A stretch of DNA of 64,000 nucleotides. It comes from Burkholderiales bacterium. GTDB lineage: Bacteria > Pseudomonadota > Gammaproteobacteria > Burkholderiales > SG8-39. How positions within the stretch are numbered: position 1 is the stretch's first letter; each line of letters opens with the position of its first letter. Made by a program: the position numbers and the translations under genes. The stretch lies in assembly GCA_035627155.1 (NCBI GenBank), contig DASPMF010000296.1, positions 15,335-79,334 of the forward strand. The letters run 5' to 3'. Positions 30,558 through 39,565 of this stretch are shown here, in pieces. The notes under the pieces were generated by a model, which saw nothing but the letters and a program-made list of their open reading frames with translations, had not been told where the DNA came from and ran no database searches.

Positions 30558-32147
30558 ATGACGACACCCTTCTCGTGGCAGAACCCCTATGCCTGGCCGC
30601 GCAAGCCGGTGCTCGCGGCCAACGCCGTGGCGACTTCGCAGCCCCTCGCCGCCCAGGCGGGGCTGGAGATGCTCGCGCAGGGCGGCAACGCGGTGGACGC
30701 GATCCTGGCCACGGCGATCACCCTCACGATCGTGGAGCCGGTCTCCAACGGCATCGGCTCCGATGCCTACGCCATCCTGTGGGACGGCCGCCAGCTGCAC
30801 GGCCTCAACGCCTCCGGCCGCTCGCCGGCCGCGTGGACGCCGGAGTACTTTGCCGGGAAAAGCGCCATGCCGACGCGCGGCTGGGACAGCGTGACGGTGC
30901 CGGGATGCGTATCGGCCTGGAAGGACCTCCATGGCCGCTTCGGCAAGCTGCCCTTCGATCGGCTGTTCCAGCGGGCGATCCGGTACGGTCGCGAGGGGTT
31001 CCTCGTATCGCCCACCGTGGCGATGCAGTGGGAGCGGCAGGTCGAGGAGCTGAAGGTGCAGCCCGGCTTCGCCGAGGCCTTCATGCCCGCTGGCCGGCCG
31101 CCCCATCCCGGGGAGCGTTTCCGCTTCCCCGCCGCGGCCGACGTCCTGGAGCAGGTGGCGCGCTCGGGCGGCGAGGCGTTCTATCGCGGCGCAATCGCGG
31201 AGAAGATCGAGGCGCATTCGCGCAAGCACGGCGGCGTCATGCGGGCATCCGACCTTGCCGCGCACAAGAATGACTGGGTGACGCCGCTGCGCATGGACTA
31301 CCGCGGCTACACGCTGCACGAAATCCCGCCGAACGGCCAGGGCATCGTGGCCCTGATGGTCCTCGGAATGCTCGAGCATTTCGACGTACGCGCATTGGCC
31401 GTCGACGGCGTGGAAAGCGTGCACTTGCAAATCGAGGCCACGAAGCTCGCCTTTGCGGATGCCTGGCGCTACGTCGCCGACTCGGACTACATGAAGGACG
31501 TGCCGCCGCAGGCGCTGATCGACAAGGACTACCTGAAGTCGCGCGCGCGGCTGATCGACCTCAAGCGGGCGCAGGACTTCGGCCCGGGCAAGCCGCCGCA
31601 GGGCGGCACGGTTTACCTCACGGCCGCCGACAGCTCCGGCATGATGGTTTCGTTCATCCAATCAAATTACATGGGCTTCGGCTCGGGTGTGGTCGCCGAC
31701 GGCGTGTCGATGCAGAACCGCGGCGCCACCTTCGTGCTCGGCGAGGGACATCCCAACCGCGTCGGGCCGCGCAAGCGTCCGTACCAGACCATCATCCCCG
31801 CCTTCGTGACCAAGGATGGCGCGCCGGTGATGAGCTTCGGCGTCATGGGGGGAACGATGCAGCCGCAAGGCCATGCGCAGGTGATGGTGCGCATCGCCGA
31901 CTACGGCCAGAGCCCGCAGGCCGCGTGCGACGGCCCGCGCTTCCGCTTCGTGCAGAAGATGGACGTGAGCGTCGAGGAAGGCGGCTTCGCCCCGGCCACC
32001 CTGGAAGGCCTCCAGGCACGCGGCCACCGCATCGTCACGATCGACGACTACAACCAGTTCGGCAGCGCGCAGCTGCTCTGGAAGCTCGACGGCGGCTACT
32101 TCGCGGCCAGCGACCCGCGACGCGACGGCGCGGCCGTCGGCTTCTGA
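30558..32147 (+). CDS. ggt: Gamma-glutamyltransferase-family protein with no signal peptide (YwrD-like class)
   Basis: Uses the in-frame ATG at 30558 in ORF 28950..32147. The protein reads ...AVATSQPLAAQAGLEMLAQGGNAVDA..., with the autoprocessing/nucleophile region PQGGTVYLTAADSSG and ...GVMGGTMQPQGH. The N-terminus MTTPFSWQNPYAWPRKP is not signal-like. Confidence 0.9.
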   Translation: MTTPFSWQNPYAWPRKPVLAANAVATSQPLAAQAGLEMLAQGGNAVDAILATAITLTIVEPVSNGIGSDAYAILWDGRQLHGLNASGRSPAAWTPEYFAGKSAMPTRGWDSVTVPGCVSAWKDLHGRFGKLPFDRLFQRAIRYGREGFLVSPTVAMQWERQVEELKVQPGFAEAFMPAGRPPHPGERFRFPAAADVLEQVARSGGEAFYRGAIAEKIEAHSRKHGGVMRASDLAAHKNDWVTPLRMDYRGYTLHEIPPNGQGIVALMVLGMLEHFDVRALAVDGVESVHLQIEATKLAFADAWRYVADSDYMKDVPPQALIDKDYLKSRARLIDLKRAQDFGPGKPPQGGTVYLTAADSSGMMVSFIQSNYMGFGSGVVADGVSMQNRGATFVLGEGHPNRVGPRKRPYQTIIPAFVTKDGAPVMSFGVMGGTMQPQGHAQVMVRIADYGQSPQAACDGPRFRFVQKMDVSVEEGGFAPATLEGLQARGHRIVTIDDYNQFGSAQLLWKLDGGYFAASDPRRDGAAVGF

Positions 32148-32764
32148 TGCTGACGATCTGGGGCCGGGCGAACTCGGTCAACGTCAAGAAGGCGCTCTGG
32201 GCCGCCGAGGAGCTGGGACTGCAGTACGAGCGCATCGACGCGGGACTGCAATACGGGATCAACAAGACGCCGGAATACCTGGCGATGAATCCGACCGGCC
32301 TGGTGCCGACGATGCGCGATGGCGATTTCGTCCTCTGGGAATCGCACACCATCGTGCGCTACCTGTGCGCGAAGCACGCCACCGGCACGCTCTGCCCGGC
32401 GGACCCGCGCGAGCGCGCCGACGCGGAACGCTGGATGGACTGGGCGTTCACCTTCCAAGGCACGATGCGTAACGTGTTCTGGGGGCTCATCCGCACGCCG
32501 CCGGAGAAGCGCGACCCCAAGGCGATCGAGGAAGGCCGCCAGCGCAGCGCGGAGCTCCTCGCCATTCCCGAGCGCGTGCTTGCCGGCCGGCGCTACATCA
32601 CCGGCGAGCGCTTCACCATGGGAGACATCCCCCTCGGCTGCGAAGTGCAGCGCTGGATGCGCGTGCCGATCGACAGGCCGCGCTTCCCGAACCTCGAGGC
32701 CTGGTTCGAGCGCCTGCGCGAGCGCGCGCCGTTCGGAAAATGGGTCGACGTACCGCTAACGTGA
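32147..32764 (+). CDS. Glutathione S-transferase
   Basis: The ATG abuts the ggt stop (TGATG). The protein reads MLTIWGRANSVNVKKALWAAEELGL...NPTGLVPTMRDGDFVLWESHTIVRYL, a thioredoxin-like N-domain, followed by a helical C-domain. Confidence 0.9.
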   Translation: MLTIWGRANSVNVKKALWAAEELGLQYERIDAGLQYGINKTPEYLAMNPTGLVPTMRDGDFVLWESHTIVRYLCAKHATGTLCPADPRERADAERWMDWAFTFQGTMRNVFWGLIRTPPEKRDPKAIEEGRQRSAELLAIPERVLAGRRYITGERFTMGDIPLGCEVQRWMRVPIDRPRFPNLEAWFERLRERAPFGKWVDVPLT

Positions 32765-33754
32765 GGCGGCCGGTCCGGGCGGCTTGACGCGAAGCGCGTC
32801 GGAGCGCGCGAAATCGCGCGCCCTGGCATAGAACGCTTCCAGGCTGCCGCTTTCGCGCAGCACCTGCTCGAGCTGCGGAACCAGCTCGTTGTACAGCGCG
32901 ATGGCGACGAGAAAACCGTTGCTCGCCTGCGCCGGGACGCGCTGCGGGTGCTCGGCGCGCAGGCGAGCGAACTCGGCCTCCTTGGCCGCGCGCAGCGCTT
33001 CCGGCGAGGCGCCGCTCGCGTACACCGCCGCGAGGCGCGCACGGGCCGCCTTCACGCTGGCGGCGAGCGCCTTGCGCCGCGCCTGCGCCGTGCGAAAGGC
33101 TTCGAGCTCCTGGGGACGTCCCTCGGCCACCAGCCAGCGCTTGACGCCCTCCTCCTCCACTACCACTGCGAAGGACTCGTTGAACGTGGTATTGCCCTTC
33201 GCGTACACGACCTGGTGCGCAAGCTCGTGGAAAATGAGGCGCGCCAGCTGCCCGTCGGAGTAGCGGATGAAAGTCGAGAGCAGCGGGTCGTCGAACCACC
33301 CGAGGGTCGAGTACGCCGGCACGCCGCCGACGTAGACATCCAGCCCCTGCGCCTTGAGCTTTTCCGCATGCCGGCGCGCGTCCGCTTCCGAGAAGAAGCC
33401 GCGATACGCCACGCAGCCGGTCACCGGGAAGCATTCCCGATGCGGCTCGACGGAAAATTCCGCCGCCGCGAACACGTTGTATACGACGTAGGAACGCCCG
33501 ATGTCGGCATACGAGAGGTAGCTGCCATTGTCGGGAAGGCCGAGCGAGTGCGACGCGAAGGCCCGGATGCGCTGCGCCACTTCCAGCCGCTGGCGCAGGT
33601 CGGGGGGCGTGGCGGGATCGGCGAGCAGCGCATCGATCGGGCGTGCAGCCGCCATCACCCCCAGGTGGCCGCCGATCGCCTGGCGGTAGTAGCCGATCGT
33701 GTCGCAGCCGCCCAGCAACGCGGTGCAAGCCAGCGCCAGGAAGACGCGCGTCAT
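32756..33754 (-). CDS. Lipoprotein, predicted zinc aminopeptidase (PF10023-like)
   Basis: ORF 32756..33850 trimmed to the ATG at 33754, which overlaps the upstream stop (ATGA). The lipobox is ALLGGC. The HELAHQ (HExxH) motif sits in ...LARLIFHELAHQVVYAKGNTTFNESFA. Confidence 0.8.
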   Translation of the reverse strand: MTRVFLALACTALLGGCDTIGYYRQAIGGHLGVMAAARPIDALLADPATPPDLRQRLEVAQRIRAFASHSLGLPDNGSYLSYADIGRSYVVYNVFAAAEFSVEPHRECFPVTGCVAYRGFFSEADARRHAEKLKAQGLDVYVGGVPAYSTLGWFDDPLLSTFIRYSDGQLARLIFHELAHQVVYAKGNTTFNESFAVVVEEEGVKRWLVAEGRPQELEAFRTAQARRKALAASVKAARARLAAVYASGASPEALRAAKEAEFARLRAEHPQRVPAQASNGFLVAIALYNELVPQLEQVLRESGSLEAFYARARDFARSDALRVKPPGPAASR

Positions 33755-34359
33755 TCGAACCGCCCGTTTTCGAGGAACCCGCATGCGAGGCGCGCGACCC
33801 TGCCGGAAACGACGAGCGCGCTGTGGCCGAGCGGCACCAGCGTGCGGCACGCCATGCCTTCCACTTCGGTTTCGGTTACGCAGACCACGCCGTCATTCTG
33901 TCCCGGCAGGCGGCCGAAGGCGCGTCCCAGGCCGAGCGGCGCAGTGCCCGCGATCACGCCGAGCGGCTCGCTGCGCTGCCAGCTCGCCCGCCGCTCGTTC
34001 CACAGCGCAGCGCTCGCGCCCATCATCCAGGCGCCCCACCGCGCGGCCCCGAAGCGCCGCCCGGCGAAGCAGCCGCGCACCGGCGAGCCGAGCAGCAGCG
34101 CCGACGACACCGCCAGGCCCGGGTGCCGGTTCAGCGTCTCGAGGATGAGCAGCCCGCCGAGGCTGTGGCCGACGAAATGCGGCCGCGGTATCGCGGAAGC
34201 GAAGCGCGCCAGGCGCTCCACGTTCGGCTCCAAAGGGCTGCGGCCGTGGTAGGCGAAGACATGGGTGGCATAGCCGGCGGCGCCAAGCCGTCCGGCGAGG
34301 AACAGCATTGCGGCGGCCGGCACCCAGAGGCCGGGGACGAGGACGACGTGCTGCTTCAC
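33751..34359 (-). CDS. Small alpha/beta hydrolase (lipase-box GHSLGG)
   Basis: The GTG start overlaps the upstream stop (GTGA). The protein reads MKQHVVLVPGLW...HFVGHSLGGLLI... Confidence 0.8.
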   Translation of the reverse strand: MKQHVVLVPGLWVPAAAMLFLAGRLGAAGYATHVFAYHGRSPLEPNVERLARFASAIPRPHFVGHSLGGLLILETLNRHPGLAVSSALLLGSPVRGCFAGRRFGAARWGAWMMGASAALWNERRASWQRSEPLGVIAGTAPLGLGRAFGRLPGQNDGVVCVTETEVEGMACRTLVPLGHSALVVSGRVARLACGFLENGRFE

Positions 34360-34799
34360 CGCGCTGCCGGACCCTCCGCGGCCGCGGAATCGGCGCGCGC
34401 AAAGATTGCGCTCGCGCGCACGATGCGGCGCCCGGCGGCGACGAGGTAGCAGTTCGCAAAGGCCAGACGCGCGCCCATGCGCTGGATCTCGACTTCCGAC
34501 TGGATCCAGTCGCCGACGCGCGCCGCGCCCGCGTAGTCGACCGCCAGGTGCGCCGTCACGAAGGAGACTTTGCCCCCCATCTTCGCGTGCATCGCGTAGC
34601 CGAGCGAAAGGTCGGCGAGCGTCGCGAGCACGCCGCCGTGGCAGATGCCGCGCGAGTTCGTGTGCTTCGCCTCTAGGCGCAGGCCGATCGAGAGCTCCCG
34701 CCCCTTCGCCGCCTTGCGGGCATAGAGCGGCCCGACCAGAGCATTGAACGGGCTCAAGCCGGTGAGGGCGCGGAAGCCCGCCGGCGTGCGCGCCTTCAT
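34356..34799 (-). CDS. PaaI-family (hotdog) thioesterase
   Basis: The tail of ORF 34356..35231, from the ATG at 34799, which overlaps the CitE-like stop (ATGA). The protein reads ...HTNSRGICHGGVLATLADLSLGYA...MGARLAFANCYL. Confidence 0.85.
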   Translation of the reverse strand: MKARTPAGFRALTGLSPFNALVGPLYARKAAKGRELSIGLRLEAKHTNSRGICHGGVLATLADLSLGYAMHAKMGGKVSFVTAHLAVDYAGAARVGDWIQSEVEIQRMGARLAFANCYLVAAGRRIVRASAIFARADSAAAEGPAAR

Positions 34800-35683
34800 G
34801 CCTTCTTTACCGCGTCGAGAAGGGCGCGCGCCCGGTGGACGATCGGGTAATCGACCATCTGCCCGTCGACCTGGATCGCCGCCGCCCCGCGCGCTTCGGC
34901 CTCGGCAAACGCGGCGACGATGCGCTCGGCCTGGGCAAGCTCTTCGGGCGTCGGCATGTACGCGGCGTTCACCGGGTCGATCTGGTCCGGATGGATGCAC
35001 AAACGCCCCTGGAACCCGCCGCGGCGACTGCGCTCGAGCGCGCGGCGGAAGCCTTCCGGCTCCTTGAGGTGGAACCACGGACTGTCGAGCGGGTTCTCGA
35101 GGCCCGCCGCGCGCGAGATCATCACGAGCCGCGCGCGCGCCTCGGCGAGCTCGGGCTCGTCCATCGAGACCGAAAGTCCGACGTCGTTCGCGAAATCCCC
35201 CGCGCCGAAGGCCACGCGCTTCACGCGCCACGGCACCGGTTTGTAGGTCCGGAGGCTACCCGCCTGCACGATGCGCTCGATGCGCTGCACGCCGGCGCCC
35301 GTCTCGAGCTGTGGAATGAGGTCGAGCGTGCCTTCGGCGATGCCCCGCTCGCGCTCCAGGTTCGCAAGCAGCCAGTCGACCGCATGCAGCTCCGCGGCGC
35401 TCTCCACCTTCGGCAGCACGACGCCGTCCACGCCGGGATGGATGGTCTCGACGAGGTCGGCGTAGCAGAACGGCGTCGACGCGGCGTTCACGCGCACGTA
35501 AACCCGCGGCTTGCGCGGCCTGCGCACGGCCTCGGCGATCAGCTTGCGCGTGCCCGGCTTGTCCGACGGCGCAACGGAGTCTTCCAGGTCGAGGATGACA
35601 GCATCAGCCGCAAGGGTGAGCGCTTTCTCCACGCGGCGCGCCACGTTGCCGGGCGCGAAGAGGAACGATCGATTCAGTGGCAT
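34796..35683 (-). CDS. HpcH/HpaI aldolase / citrate-lyase beta-subunit-like (CitE-like) acyl-CoA lyase
   Basis: GGAG RBS upstream. The protein reads MPLNRSFLFAPGN...ADAVILDLEDSVAPSDK...RVN...GVVLPKVESAAEL, a CitE / malyl- or citramalyl-CoA lyase signature. Confidence 0.9.
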   Translation of the reverse strand: MPLNRSFLFAPGNVARRVEKALTLAADAVILDLEDSVAPSDKPGTRKLIAEAVRRPRKPRVYVRVNAASTPFCYADLVETIHPGVDGVVLPKVESAAELHAVDWLLANLERERGIAEGTLDLIPQLETGAGVQRIERIVQAGSLRTYKPVPWRVKRVAFGAGDFANDVGLSVSMDEPELAEARARLVMISRAAGLENPLDSPWFHLKEPEGFRRALERSRRGGFQGRLCIHPDQIDPVNAAYMPTPEELAQAERIVAAFAEAEARGAAAIQVDGQMVDYPIVHRARALLDAVKKA

Positions 35684-35696
35684 GCAGACATCTCCT

Positions 35697-36875
35697 TTAC
35701 TTCAGCTCGCGCCGGTCGCCCCAGGCCGGGTACGGCAGCTGATATCGGGCGGTGGCCGCCGCTTGCGGCCAGACGATTTCGTGGCGGCCGAGGAGCACCT
35801 GCACCACGAGCGGATGCAGCCCAAGCTGCTCTCCGGTCTTCGGATCGACGCGGTACTCGCCCAGCACCGTGCCGGTGCGAAGGCCTGCGAGGGCCTCGCG
35901 CAGCTTCTCGGAATCGACGCTCCCCGCCCGTCGCAGCGCTTCCGCCAGCACCTGGCCGGCGGCGTAGCCCTCGGCGCCCGCTGGGCCCGGGTCACGCTTC
36001 CACTTCGAGCGGAAAGCCCGCACGAAAGCCGGGTTGCCGGCATACGGGGCCTGCGTGTGGTAGGCCGTTTCACCGAGCGTGAACTCGGCGTCCTGGCCGA
36101 GGAACGCCAGGAGGCGCGCATCGGCCGCGCCGCGAACGAAGAAAAGCCGCGGCGCGTAGTCCAGCTTGCGGAAGGTCTTCGCCATCTCGGCTGCGTCGCC
36201 CGCCTCGCCGAAGGCGATCCAGGCTTCGGCGCCGGCGGCCTTCGCCGCGTCCACCTGGAGCGCGAAGTCCTGGATGCCGCCGCCGTAGGGCAGCACCGTC
36301 GGCGCGGCGATGCCGGCTCGCGCGGCCGATGCGTGCGCGGCGGCCGCCATCTCCGTGGAGGCGGGATCGTCGCGGGCGAGAATGATCGCGCGTCGCAGGC
36401 CGGCCGCACGCGCGAGCTCGAGCACCTGCGCACCGTACGCGTTGTACGGAACCGCGGTCTGGAACACGTAGCGCGGCGAGCGCTTGTGAACGGCGCGGGA
36501 CCATCCCGCGCCGTTGATGAGCACGCGACGCGCGGATTCGGCTTCCGCGGCCGCAACCAGCGTCGCGGCGGTGCCGTAAGGACCGATGAGCGCATCGGCG
36601 TTCTCGCGGATCAGCTGCGCGTAGAGCATGCCGGCGCGCGCAGCTTCCGAGCGATCGTCGAGCAGGCGCAGCTCGACGCGCCGGCCCGCCAGGCCGCCCG
36701 CAGCGTTCAGTTCCTCCTGCCAGAGCTGCAGGCCGCGCGCATAGTCGGCGGCGAGGTCGGCGTGCGCGCCCGTTTGAGAGACCGCGGCGCCGACGACGAA
36801 CGCGGGCTGGGCCTGCGCCCCGGCGGCGCACAGCAGCGCAAGGATTAGGAAGCGCCTAGTAGTCGATCCGGTCAT
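35697..36875 (-). CDS. Periplasmic binding protein, Leu/Ile/Val-binding (type I) family; no cognate permease nearby
   Basis: The signal peptide is MTGSTTRRFLILALLCAAGAQA. The protein reads ...VGAAVSQTGAHADLAADYARGLQLW..IGPYGTAAT.. The start overlaps the MaoC stop by 20 nt. Confidence 0.88.
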   Translation of the reverse strand: MTGSTTRRFLILALLCAAGAQAQPAFVVGAAVSQTGAHADLAADYARGLQLWQEELNAAGGLAGRRVELRLLDDRSEAARAGMLYAQLIRENADALIGPYGTAATLVAAAEAESARRVLINGAGWSRAVHKRSPRYVFQTAVPYNAYGAQVLELARAAGLRRAIILARDDPASTEMAAAAHASAARAGIAAPTVLPYGGGIQDFALQVDAAKAAGAEAWIAFGEAGDAAEMAKTFRKLDYAPRLFFVRGAADARLLAFLGQDAEFTLGETAYHTQAPYAGNPAFVRAFRSKWKRDPGPAGAEGYAAGQVLAEALRRAGSVDSEKLREALAGLRTGTVLGEYRVDPKTGEQLGLHPLVVQVLLGRHEIVWPQAAATARYQLPYPAWGDRRELK

Positions 36876-37374
36876 CGACGGCGTGGCCGCGCATCGGAAT
36901 GAGCGCGGAACGCTCGAAAGTCATGAACACCGTCCCGTCCGCCTTCTTGCCCGTGGTGCGCACCGTGACGATGCCGTGGTGCGGCCGCGATGCGGATTCC
37001 CGCTTGCCGATGACTTCGGACTCCGCGTAGATCGTGTCCCCGGCGAACACCGGAGCGGTCAGGCGGATCTTGTCCCAGCCGAGGTTCGCGACGGTCTTCT
37101 GGCTCACGTCCGACACGCTCATCCCCGTGACGATGGCGAGCGTCAGGCAGGAGTTCACGAGCGGCTTGCCGAAGTCCGTGGCGGCGCCGTACGCGGCGTC
37201 GATGTGCAGGGGGTGCTGGTTCATCGTCAGGAGCGAGAACCAGCTGTTGTCCGCCTCGCTGAGCGTGCGCCCGGGACGGTGCTCGTAGACGTCCCCGACC
37301 TCGAAGTCTTCGAAATAGCGGCCCGCCGACTCGCGAAAGCGCTTCGGCCCGACTTCCTTTGCGCGGCTTACCAT
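36856..37374 (-). CDS. MaoC-like (R)-specific enoyl/dicarboxyl-CoA hydratase
   Basis: The protein reads ...GRYFEDFEVGDVYEHRPGRTLSEADNSWFSLLTMNQHPLHID..., a hotdog hydratase motif. Confidence 0.9.
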   Translation of the reverse strand: MVSRAKEVGPKRFRESAGRYFEDFEVGDVYEHRPGRTLSEADNSWFSLLTMNQHPLHIDAAYGAATDFGKPLVNSCLTLAIVTGMSVSDVSQKTVANLGWDKIRLTAPVFAGDTIYAESEVIGKRESASRPHHGIVTVRTTGKKADGTVFMTFERSALIPMRGHAVDDRIDY

Positions 37375-37385
37375 AAGAGAATCCT

Positions 37386-38789
37386 GTGAGGATGACTCAA
37401 CAGACTGCGGCCTCGGCCCTTCAGTCCCGGCTGGCCGCCATTGTAGGCGCTGGCAACGTCCTCACGGACCCGGCGGACACGAAACCGTACCTCACCGACT
37501 GGCGCCGGCTCTATACCGGCGTCGCGGAATGCATCGTGCGCGCCGCAACGACCGAGCAGGTTGCGAGCGTCGTAAGCCTCTGTCGCGACGAGCGCGTGTG
37601 CATCGTTCCGCAGGGCGGCAACACCGGGTTGTCCGGCGCGTCGGTGCCGGCCGGCGCCGGGCGGCAGATCGTGCTGTCCCTGTCTCGAATGAACCGCATC
37701 CGCGGCATCGATCCGCTGAACGACACGATCACCGTCGAGGCGGGATGCGTACTGGCTGCGATCCAGGCCGCGGCCGAAGAGGCCGGCCGGCATTTCCCCC
37801 TCTCCCTTGCGGCGGAAGGGAGCTGCCAGATCGGCGGCAACCTGTCGACCAACGCGGGCGGCGTGAACGTCCTTCGCTACGGCATGGCGCGCGAGCAGGT
37901 CCTCGGGCTCGAGGTCGTCCTGCCCGACGGTCGGGTCTGGGACGGCCTGCGGGGCCTGCGCAAGGACAACACGGGCTATGACCTGAAGCAGCTGTTCGTC
38001 GGCGCCGAAGGCACGCTGGGCATCATCACCGCGGCGGTGCTCAAGCTGCGCCCACGACCCAGCGCAAGCGCAACGGCCTGGCTCGGCATCGCGACCCCGC
38101 GTGCGGCCGTGGAACTGCTCGGCCTCCTGCGCGAGCGGCTGGGCGAGCGCATCAGCGCGTTCGAGCTCCTGTCGCGCGCATGCCTGGACGCGGTGCTGAA
38201 GCACATGCCGGACACGCGCGACCCGCTGCCCGCGCCACATCCCTGGTACGTACTGGTCGAGGTCGCCGACACGGCCGAGGCGGCGGTCCTGCGCGAACAG
38301 GCGGAACAGGCGCTCCTCGACTGCACCGAGCGCGGCACCCTGCGCGATGCGGTCCTCGCGCAAAGCGACAACCAGGCACGCGAGCTCTGGCGCATCCGCG
38401 AGACCATTCCGGAGGCGCAGTTCACGAACGTGAAGCATGACGTGTCGGTGGCGGTGTCCAGTATTCCCGAGCTCGTCGAGCGCGCCGAGGAGGCGTTGCG
38501 GCGGGCTTTCCCGCAGGTGCAGCCCTACATCTTCGGGCACGTCGGCGACGGCAACCTCCACTACAACGTCGGGCCGGAGTCGCTCGTTCCGCAGCGACCG
38601 GCGGTGAACCGCATCGTCTATGACGCAGTGGCGGCGCTGGGCGGCTCGATCTCCGCCGAACACGGCCTCGGGCAGCTCAAGCGCGAAGAAATCCTGCGGC
38701 ACAAGAGCGACGTGGAGCTGGACCTCATGCGCGCCGTGAAGCGCGCGCTCGACCCGGAAGGGCTGATGAATCCCGGAAAGGTCCTCTAG
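37386..38789 (+). CDS. FAD-linked oxidase (GlcD / D-2-hydroxyacid dehydrogenase-like)
   Basis: The FAD_binding_4 pattern is CIVPQGGNTGLSGASVP...LSLSRMNRI...GGNLSTNAGG. The C-terminus reads ...SISAEHGLGQLK. The start is GTG 37386 or ATG 37392. Confidence 0.92.
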   Translation: MRMTQQTAASALQSRLAAIVGAGNVLTDPADTKPYLTDWRRLYTGVAECIVRAATTEQVASVVSLCRDERVCIVPQGGNTGLSGASVPAGAGRQIVLSLSRMNRIRGIDPLNDTITVEAGCVLAAIQAAAEEAGRHFPLSLAAEGSCQIGGNLSTNAGGVNVLRYGMAREQVLGLEVVLPDGRVWDGLRGLRKDNTGYDLKQLFVGAEGTLGIITAAVLKLRPRPSASATAWLGIATPRAAVELLGLLRERLGERISAFELLSRACLDAVLKHMPDTRDPLPAPHPWYVLVEVADTAEAAVLREQAEQALLDCTERGTLRDAVLAQSDNQARELWRIRETIPEAQFTNVKHDVSVAVSSIPELVERAEEALRRAFPQVQPYIFGHVGDGNLHYNVGPESLVPQRPAVNRIVYDAVAALGGSISAEHGLGQLKREEILRHKSDVELDLMRAVKRALDPEGLMNPGKVL

Positions 38790-39565
38790 CGCTTCTCGAG
38801 CGCGAGCGGCGCGCCGGCGAACGTTCCGGTCATCGCCCGCGCCCCGACGCGTCCCCGGAAGCGCCCCGCCGGCGTGTCCCAGGTAATGTCCTCGCCGGAA
38901 AGCCGCGCGCCCGTTACTGCGACCGGCCGCCCGTCGCGCCGGGCCTCGACTTCGATCTGCTGGAAGTTCTGGTGCACGACAACGTCCCACCCGCTCCCGG
39001 TCCAGCGCCCCCGCGCCTTTGCGGGCACCACCCAGAGGTGGATGGTGCTGTGGTCCCCCTGGCGCTCATGGCGCTGCGCGAGGCGCAGCGTGTGCGTCCG
39101 GTCGGGCGGCCAGCCGACCATCGCGAACGCATGCGAGACAATGCGCGTTCCGGGGCGCAGGTCGTCCAGGAGCTTGGGCTGCAAGCGGTTGATGAGCGCC
39201 GGCAGCAGGTACACCGTCACGACGCTTGCCTGCGAAAAATCTTCCCGCAGCACGTCCGCATGGACGAACCGCACGCGGTCCACGACGCCCGCGGCGCGTG
39301 CATTGCGGTTCGATTCCTCCACCAGCGCCGCATCGATCTCGATGCCCAGTCCGCGCGCGCCGAACTCGGCGGCCGCCGTAATCGGAATGCGGCCGTCGCC
39401 GGAACCGAGGTCCACGACGAGATCCGAGGGACCCGTGCCTGCAAAGCGAAGCATGCTGACGACGACGTCGGCGGGCGTCGTGACGAACGGCGCAGTTTGT
39501 TCCCCCTCCTGCGCGAGCGCCGCGCCGGTCAACAGCCAGAGGGCGACGAAAAAACAGCGCTTCAT
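38786..39565 (-). CDS. Class I SAM-dependent methyltransferase with N-terminal signal-peptide-like segment
   Basis: The tail of ORF 38786..40117, from the ATG at 39565, which overlaps the TlpA stop (ATGA). The N-terminus is MKRCFFVALWLLTGAALAQE. SAM motif I is LVVDLGSGDGRI, followed by ...GLGIEID...FVHADV. There is a C-terminal extension of about 110 aa. Confidence 0.8.
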   Translation of the reverse strand: MKRCFFVALWLLTGAALAQEGEQTAPFVTTPADVVVSMLRFAGTGPSDLVVDLGSGDGRIPITAAAEFGARGLGIEIDAALVEESNRNARAAGVVDRVRFVHADVLREDFSQASVVTVYLLPALINRLQPKLLDDLRPGTRIVSHAFAMVGWPPDRTHTLRLAQRHERQGDHSTIHLWVVPAKARGRWTGSGWDVVVHQNFQQIEVEARRDGRPVAVTGARLSGEDITWDTPAGRFRGRVGARAMTGTFAGAPLALEKR

